DNA from: Candidatus Omnitrophota bacterium
GTDB taxonomy: Bacteria > Omnitrophota > Gorgyraeia > Gygaellales > Profunditerraquicolaceae
Length of the DNA stretch: 64,000 nucleotides
Direction: 5' to 3'
NCBI GenBank assembly: GCA_028712255.1
Contig: JAQTQJ010000005.1
Location: 20,950 to 84,949 of the forward strand
The notes beneath the pieces were generated by a model. That model did no database searches, had not been told where the DNA came from, and worked only from the letters and a program-made list of their open reading frames with translations. The position numbers were made by a program, and so were the translations under genes. Shown here one piece after another: positions 12,001-21,000 of this stretch (positions within the stretch are counted from its first letter, which is position 1; every line of letters begins with the position of its first letter).

Positions 12001-15000
12001 GCCTGTTGCCTTAGCAGAAAAAAGAGGAGGCATTTTATCGGGAATAAGGCCTTATATAGAGAAAACGTCTGCAGTATCGCTTATCAGTTGCAGTATTAGG
12101 TATTATCAGATAACGCTTGCTTATTTATGCCGGTTAAGGGGGTTAGAAAATGAGCAGCCAAATAGAGAATTACTTAAAGATATAGAGAGAATCTATACCC
12201 CTAAAACGGCAGATGCATTGTATTTGATGTATTTTAAAACAGTATCCCGCCTCAGGCCTTTTGAAATAAAATTTTTCCATGCCTGGTTCCATTTCCATCC
12301 GTTTTTTAGATGGATAAAAGGGTTTGACCTTCTATATAGGGCGATGGATGATTTAATAGCGCGGGAATCGCAGGAAGTTATTTCCCAGGAAGAAGGATTA
12401 TTAAGAGAAGGGGGCAGGCTCATATATATCCTGCCTGAGCAGATTGAAGAGGTAGCAGCCCTTTGGGATAAATACCCTCGGGGCAAGCGCCAGCCTTTAA
12501 TTCAGTTTTTGGTTGAGTCCGCGCAGTTAAACAGTTATCTATGGGATAAGGAGAGTAGTTATCAGATATACGAACAATTAGCAGAAAGAATCATACCCAG
12601 GGTGTGGCTTACGGCGACATTGGATGAAGCAGGAATGCTTTGCGATTTAATATGGCTTTTATGCCTCAGCGGCTCATACCCGGTGCGCGCCAGATTAGCC
12701 CAAAGCGTATCGTCTTGTCTTTCCGGGCTAAAAACAAAACGAGAAGAAGCTCAGCAGGAAAAAGGAAAATCGCCGCTAATTAAGCTTCAGGCATATGTTC
12801 TGGAGGAGTTTCTTAAGGCCATATATGTAATGTTACTTGGAGACAGTTCGCCTGTAGTCGTAGCAGCAGCTGAAGGCGAGATACGCTTTTTGGTTGGCGC
12901 AAGAGCAATAACCCGCGAAGAATACCTAGCTATGGAAACTTTTTGCGCAGGAATAAAAACCGTACCTGAAATGTTACCAGGTATAGGATATACACCCATA
13001 ATTCCTGAAGGGGCAGAATTAAGATTGCCATATGCTGAAATGACTCAAGGCATAAGGGACATGCTTGGACTGGGTGATTTACCAATCGCCTATAGATTGT
13101 TAGATGAGGGGGTGCGGCGGATAGACCTTTTTAGCCAACAGAAACCGCGCCATCCTTTGGCTCGTCTTTTTGCTTGGCCTCGGGTGTTATTAAGAAGGCT
13201 TACTTTATTAGGCCACGGTGCTCCGAAGCAGTTGCCTGTTATCCGCGCCATCATCCTTAGCTCCCAGCGCCAGGCAGTAGAGAATGATATCATCCGTGCT
13301 CCCCCCGCTGTAATAGAAGAGGTTGACTTCCACCTTCAAGGCTTTGCCCCTGCCCACCACCAAGCCGGTAAGATTTGTTATGAGGAATTTTCTAATTTAA
13401 ATAATTTAATCGAAGCAGTGAGGCGAGCGCAGCATCCGTTCTTAATAAGCTATGCCAGCGGCAAATTTCATTTAGGAATTCTCTTAGATAAGGGGGCATC
13501 TTGGTTGTGCGGGAAGGATTATATTAAGCAAAAAAGGCAAGAGCATTATGTGGGCAGGTATTTTCGTTTAGAAGAAGAAAGAGACTTGGGCATACGAGAG
13601 CGTATATTTCAATTTGAAGCCGCGACAAGTAATCAGTTAGCAAAGGTTTTAGACGGCCAACAAGTTTTGATTATCGGCCCAGGGGATAATTTAGATGAAG
13701 CTGCATACTTTATTAGAAATTACCCGGGCTTAGCGAGAGTGGTAGTTGTAGATTGGCATCTGCCAAATATTATTGATATATTGGAAAAGATGGCAGGATT
13801 AGAGCAGCCTATTAGGGAAAAGATAGTATTGTGTTATAGCGATGCAGCAAGCATGGTTTTTGATGGGGTTTTTACTATTTGTTATTCACGGTATACAATG
13901 GTAGGCGATATCCTTTCTGATGCCGTCATTGATTCTATATGGAGCAGAATCGCCTTAGCGCTTCAGCCCGGCGGATTTTTCATCGGTTATGCGCATGAGG
14001 CTGCGGCATTTTTTGAGAGTTTTAGCAAGATTGCCGGAGGACAGAAATCAGTAAGTATTGCGGTGAGAAGAGAAGGTATCTCTAGGCCACTAGTTAAATT
14101 CGAGAGCAGGGACGGCAATGGGGACGTTTCCCAAGGGTACACCCTTCCAGCTACTGGTTTAGATGGTGAGCAAGTAGTAACTGACGGTATCGTACGTCTC
14201 AGTGCTTTTACAGGCGCGGGATTAATTATGGCCTCTGCGCAGACAGTTTTAAACAATAACTCCTATTATTTGGATCCGCTTTCAGATTCTATTTTCCAGC
14301 CTGCTTTTTTGCTCGAGCTTATGAATAGAGGCCCGCCTGTAGAGTTGTTCGGTATTTCCTCTGATTTATCAGCCCTCTTTTTAATTCCTCTTGTAGCATT
14401 CTTTGCTTTTCCCTCTTTAAGAAGATTTATAAGTACCTTCTGGGCTAGCTTAAAAAATAATCTCAGGGTGTCCCTTTTGAGGACGTCCTTAACAGTGCAA
14501 AAAATATTTGAAAGAGTATTAAATTTAATTAAATCTTTACTGCAAAGTAAAAAAACATCTAATGGCGCGTTTGCATTAGCTCTGTTGGAATTAAGAAAAG
14601 CAAAAGAAGGGCAAAATATTCCCGAAAGGTTAAGTGAAAAGTTAGCATACCTATTTGCATTAGCTGCAAAATATTCTCATTATTCATTCGAGTTTTATGA
14701 ATGGGAAGAATTGGCGCAAGCGGCGGGTTTAGAAAATCCTAAGAAAACAAGAGACTCAATGCCAGATACTAAAAAGGCAATCAGGGTAAGCGCATTTGAT
14801 GTTTATAGAATAGCTAGAAGTAATTGCGTAGAGAGAAGACATATCGAACTGTCATTCTTTAAGCGGTTAATTAGCGGTTCAAAAAGAGTTTTTCATGGCC
14901 GATATATTAAAACATATGGCATATGTGATTGCATAGCTGTAACTTTATATAACAGACAAAATAGAGTAGGGGCGTTATTGCATTTATATAGAGGTTCCAA

Positions 15001-18000
15001 AGTAGACAAGGTGGTAGATAAAGTTTCTTTAGAATTAGAAAGGGAGTTTAATTTAAGGCCTCAGGATTTCAAAGCGCAACTGGTCGGTGGTTGGTGGACG
15101 CAGTCTCAGGAGCTTGCACTAAAAATTACAAAATGCCTTGAAGAAAAACAGATAGCAATCGAAGGAATTGATGTTTTAAATAATCCCGAGAGGTTTATTT
15201 TTGATGGCAGGGACGCTTTCTACGGAGATTGTAGGATCATTTTAGATTTAGAAACAGGAGAAATATTTGATCTTATAGATTTAATAGAGCCTCACGACGG
15301 AATCTCAAGGCATATTATGCACTTTAGATATTACGCTGAATATATATTTAGGAGGATTTATAATGGAGGACAGCGAATGTTTGTTTTGGCTAAAAAAATT
15401 ACCGTTGTCCCCAATTTAAAGAAACTATTTTTAAGTTTATTAATTGCCATGTATTTTTTCTTAAGCCCCTTGCCTAGTAATATAAGTTTTATTGCTCCAG
15501 GGGTGGTTACAGCGAGTGCCCAGACGCCAACTCCTACCCAATTGTCTACTGAAGATGATTATCTAAATCGAGGTAACGAACATTTTTTTAAAAAAGAATA
15601 TGATGCGGCGATTGAAGATTATACTCAGACAATAAAATTAAACCCAACAAATGCCTTTGCTTATCATAATCGAGGAGTCTCATATAATAACAAAGTTGAT
15701 TATGATAGAGCGATTCGAGATTACGATCAGGCAATATTACTAAATCCAAAATATGCTGAGGCTTACAATAGCAGAGGTCTCGCTTATTATTTTAAAGGAG
15801 AAAATGAGAAAGCAATAAAAGATTATGATAGGGCAATAGAATTAGAACCCGATAATGTAAAGTTTAGAGATTTTCGAGCAGATGCTATAGGAAAATTATC
15901 GGTAAAACCAACTTCTACCCTTACAGCGACAGTTACGCGTACTCCTATACCTAAAACATCTACTCCTGTACTTAAATCATCTACGCCTACAGCAACAGCC
16001 ATACATACTCCCATCGTAACCAATTCGCCAACGCCAACATTTATGCCTATCGTATCTAGGGTGGCGACATGGACAGTAATACCTGTTTCCGCAGTTGAAG
16101 GCCCTGGAACGTTGGATAGGATCAAAGATCACTTGAAAGATAAGTGGTTGTGGTTAATTTTTACAATAGGACTAATAGCTATTTTTATTAAATGGAGACA
16201 GCGAATATTTATTTTTGCTCAAAAAATGGTCATTATTCCTAATTTAAAAGGATTTCTTAAATTTAAACCAGTCAGATTTTACTTAGGGTCGGGTAAAGAA
16301 ATTAATAAATTAACTATTCAAGAACGGCTATCTCTAGCCAAGCTGGCAGATCAATATTACGTTAAACAGATTAAGGATGTCCAGCCGAGCCTTATTTGTA
16401 CTGTTAAGAAAATCTTTAGCTTGAGGGGCCTGATCCTTATGTTGGCCGGAGGATTGATTACTTTTAAACTTTCTGTTTCCAATGATTGGCTTACTTTGGC
16501 CCTCGGAGCATTCTTTATGACTTTGTTGCCATACCTGCTTTCTGTCATCTATAATTTCTTCTTTTCATATATAGAACGCTATAGATTCCGTAGTGAATTT
16601 GTCAGGCAATATCTAAGAGATAAAAAAGTACAAGATAAAATAAAAGAAGAGCTTTCACAGATTAAGTCGGTGACTCAACCTTTACTTTCCATTAGAAGTT
16701 TATGGAATGATTTTACTTTAAGATCTCCTGTGTTTGCCGGTATTGTTATCTTTATTTTAGTAAAGGCCCAGATAGTTTTCTGGGGTTACTTAGCTGGTTT
16801 GGCAATTATCCCCTTGATTAGAATTGATATTGTTAACTTTACCTTAACTGGCATATTATCGACAATTTTAAAACTTATAAAATGGGAATGGTTTATCACT
16901 CCGGGTTTACAATTGGTAAATACATTAAATAATTTGGGTTTTGCTTTTACATTAGGGGATATTATTAAGTTGAGTGTAATTGCTTTAGGGTTAGCAATAC
17001 TATACACATCGCGCCACCGTAAAACATTACGTAAAATTGTTATTCATAATTTTAGGCAATTCTGGGTTAATCTAGTACACATCCTGGTTATTATTGCTAT
17101 AATGGGGAATCTCGGACTTAGTAGTTTTATGTTAAATAATTTCAAGCAAGCAACTGGAATTAGATTTCCTCAAGCGATTCATGCTCCTCTTAGCGGTAAA
17201 GTGGATGCAGGAATTTGGAATAGGGCTAATTTTATTTATCAACAGTTAAAAATAAATTCCGACTTAGCTTTGAAGATGGAGAACGGCCAGCAAGAATTGG
17301 AATTTCTATTAGAAGAATTTAAGGCGGGTAATGATATTAAAATCGAGGGGCCGACTGCTCCGGAGGTCAGGCAATTTTGTCTTTTCCTTCTGGGTCAGAA
17401 AGACAATACTCGGTCTAGAGAACTTCTTAATTTAGCTTTAAATGATCCGGATAAAGATGTACGCACGATGGCAATAATTTCTTTAAGTATAGCTGGCGAT
17501 ACGAAAGTAGCGTCTTTGCTTAATAATGCTTCGTTTAGGCAGGGAGGCCAGGTTCAGCAAGCGGCAGTTATTAGTTTGAAAAGTGTAAAGTCTTCTGAGG
17601 TAACGAATTTTCTACTAAAGAGTTTAAAGGATAATTCGCGTTCGGATATCCGTTCTGCTGCGGCAGGGGGGTTGATGGACAGAGTAAGCTTGCAGACAGT
17701 TAAAGATGCTTTGATATTCGCTTTAAATGATCCCGATCCGCTGGTAAGGAAAGCAGCGATTAAATCTTTGGCGCCGATAATCACAGCTGTAATTCCTCAA
17801 GTGGATTTAAAGACAATTGAGTCCATAAAACCACTTTTGTCTGATCCGGATTTGAATGTTCGTCAAGTTGCAATATTAGTTCTAGCTTTACGACTAGATG
17901 ATTTTCCTGGTAATTTAGGCCTTCTTATGCCTAAATTGACTGATTCTGATCAGCAGATTCGTTTGACTACCGTAGCAGCCGTAGGTTCACACCTAGATAA

Positions 18001-21000
18001 GTTTCCGCAATTAAAACAGTCATTTTCCAATATTGCTAAAGATAGTTCGCAGCCCATTGAGATTCGTAAAGCTGCAGTTTTAAGTTTAGGTAATCTAAAA
18101 GATTGGTATTATTTTGTATCTCTAGCTTCAGATCCTGATTGGCAAATACGGGAAATTGTAGCGACTTCTTTTGGCTATTTTGACCAGTTTCAAGCTTTAT
18201 CGTATCTTAGACCGTTATTAAAAGATGATTCTGCAAAAGTTAGATTAGCGGCAGTGAATTCTCTTAGTCATTTCGACGATCCTCAGGTCTCTGAGATTTT
18301 AATCTCGATATTAGAGGATCATGACTTGCAAGTCCGAGAATCTGCGCTTAATATATTAGTTGATAAGAAGCCTCTGGAATTAAAACAGGTGTTCTTGGAT
18401 GTTGGTAGGGATATCTCTCAACCTGCTGAGGTTAGGCAAGATACGCTTCTATATTTATGCAATATAGATTTCTTAAAACGCAATATTTCATCGCCCAATA
18501 GAGCTCAGTATGTTGGTGGTTATAATTTTTTAATTAGTTCAGAAAAACTTCAAAGGGTAGCCTTATTGTTAGGTAATCTGAAAGGTATAATGATTCTTGA
18601 TTTACTTAAGCCTTTAACTAAGGATCTTAATGGGCCGGTGCGGGGAGCCGCTGCTACTTCACTTGGTAATTTTGACCAACCGGAAACCATAGATTATCTT
18701 AAGCCGCTTTTAAATGATTATGAGTGGCCAGTGAGAGTGGCAGCAATGCGTTCTTTAATTAAATTTAATGATCCTCGAGTTGCTGAATTATTAATTCCCC
18801 TGTTAACTCGCCCTGTTTTAGTAGAACCAATAGGTTATAATCCGTGGGTCCGAGAATATACGATTAGCGCCTTGGCTGACAATATAAATCGACCTGAAGT
18901 AAGGGAGATTTTTTTAGGTTTATTAAAATCTTCGTTTAGGGAGGAAGACGCGATTCTGTCAATAATTTCCCAGGCAAATTTAAAGACAATTGAGTCCGTA
19001 GAACCATTTTTGTCTGATCCTAATCCAAGTGTTCGGCGAATTGCAGTATTAGTTTTAGCTTCAAGGTTAGATGATTTTCCTGAAACATTAACTTTCCTTA
19101 TTCCACTTTTTAATGATAATGATTCACAGGTTCGCTCTACCGCTGTTTCAGCCTTAGCTCCGTATATAGGTAAATTTTCGCAATTAAAGCAGCCATTTTT
19201 CAATATTGTTAAAGATGTTTCTCAGCCTATCGAGGCACGCCAGAACGCATTATTTTATTTATCGAAGCTCGATGTCCCGGAAGTAAAAGCTTTGTTAGTT
19301 AGTAATTTAAATAATACTGACTGGAAAATGCGCCAGGCTGCAGTATTAGGTTTAGGTAATCTCAAGGATTCTGAAATTCCCGATTTACTTAAGCCTTTAA
19401 TTCGGGACCCTTACGAGAATGTCAGGCAAGCCGTTGTAACCTCTCTTGGTAATTTTAATCAACCCCAGGTAATTAGTTATCTTAAACTGTTTCTAAATGA
19501 TGATTCTTCGAATGTGCGTAAAAGTGCGATATTATCTATAGGTTCAAGGTTGGATGATTTTCCTGAAAATGTAACTCTTCTTACTCCACTTTTTAATAAT
19601 AAAGATTCACAGGTTCGCTCTGCTGCTGTCTTAGCTTTAGGCCCATACCTAGATAAGTTTCCGCAATTAAAGCAGCCATTTCTGGATATTACTAAAGATG
19701 TTTCGCAACCTATCGAGGCACGCCAGAATGCATTATTTTATTTGTCGAAGCTCGATGTTCCGGAAGTAAAGGCTTTATTAACTAGTAATTTAACTAGCAC
19801 TGATTGGAAAATGCGCCAGGTTGCAGTATCAGGTTTAGGTAATTTTCGAGGCCCCGAAATCTCTGGCCTACTTCAACCTTTAACCTTAGATCCTATTTCG
19901 GCTGTACGTGTGAGTGTTGCATTATCTTTGGGCCAATTAGATGAACCCCAGGCAGCGCAATCATTAGCATTTTTATTAAAAGATAATGATGTTTCTGTTC
20001 GTCAAGCCGCGTTGACATCTTTAGGTCTAAAGTTAGATCTTTTTCCTAAGAATTTAGATCTTTTGATACCGTTTTTAACTGACCCAAATTTACAGATTCG
20101 CTCTACTGCCGTTTCAGTCTTAGGACCAAGTATAGATAAATTCCCACAATTAAAACAACCATTCCTAGATATTGCTAAGGGTCTTTCTATGCCTATTGAT
20201 ATGCGTCAAAATGCGATGTTTTCTTTATCTAAGCTTGATACTCCTGAAGTAAAAGCTCTGCTAACTAGTAATTTAGCTAATACTGATTGGAGAATGCGTC
20301 AGGTTGCAGTATTGGGCTTGGGTAATTTTAAAGGTCCTGAAATCCTAGATCTGCTTAAACCTTTAACCCTTGATCCTGCCTGGCAGGTCAGACAAGCTAC
20401 TGCAACTTCTTTTGGTAACTTCAACCAACCTCAAACTATAGATTACCTTAAGCCGCTTTTAAGTGATAGTTATTGGCAAGTACGGTCGGCTACTACGGCC
20501 TCTCTTGGTAATTTTAATAATCCTCAAGTTCTAGATTCTCTTATCCCTAGACTAAATGATCCTGCTTGGCAGGTACGCGAGAGTACGGCAGTGTCTTTGG
20601 GTCAATTCGATGAATCCAAGATGGTGGAATCATTAATGCCTTTATTAAAAGATAATAATGTTTTTGTGCGGCAAGCCGCTGTATTATCCTTAGGAGATAA
20701 AGTTAGATTGTACCCGCAGTTGTCAGGAGAATTTGTCAATATTTTAAAAACAGACAACGATCTTTGGATTAAACAAATCTCTGCTTTTTCTCTGCAAAGT
20801 ATAAATACGCCGAAGGTAGAGGAAGTAAAACCATTAATTAAACAAGCCACTTCAGAAATAAGAGTTGTCGTTATTATATCTGGAATTGATGATTGGTTAG
20901 GATTTTTTCCCTTGACGGGTCGTAAAACAGGTGAGACTGGATTGAAAAATTGGTCTTTAGTTAATATACTAAAAGCGGGTGGTTTACAGGTGGTTGAACA

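Noticed and set aside
724-20850. About 20 minus-strand ORFs of 60-160 aa inside the giant gene (for example 724-1062, 4132-4506, 18835-19203, 20602-20850).
   Set aside because: They are antisense to a clearly coding, motif-rich + frame. They have no RBS, and their low-complexity translations are typical of shadow ORFs. They are not independent genes.
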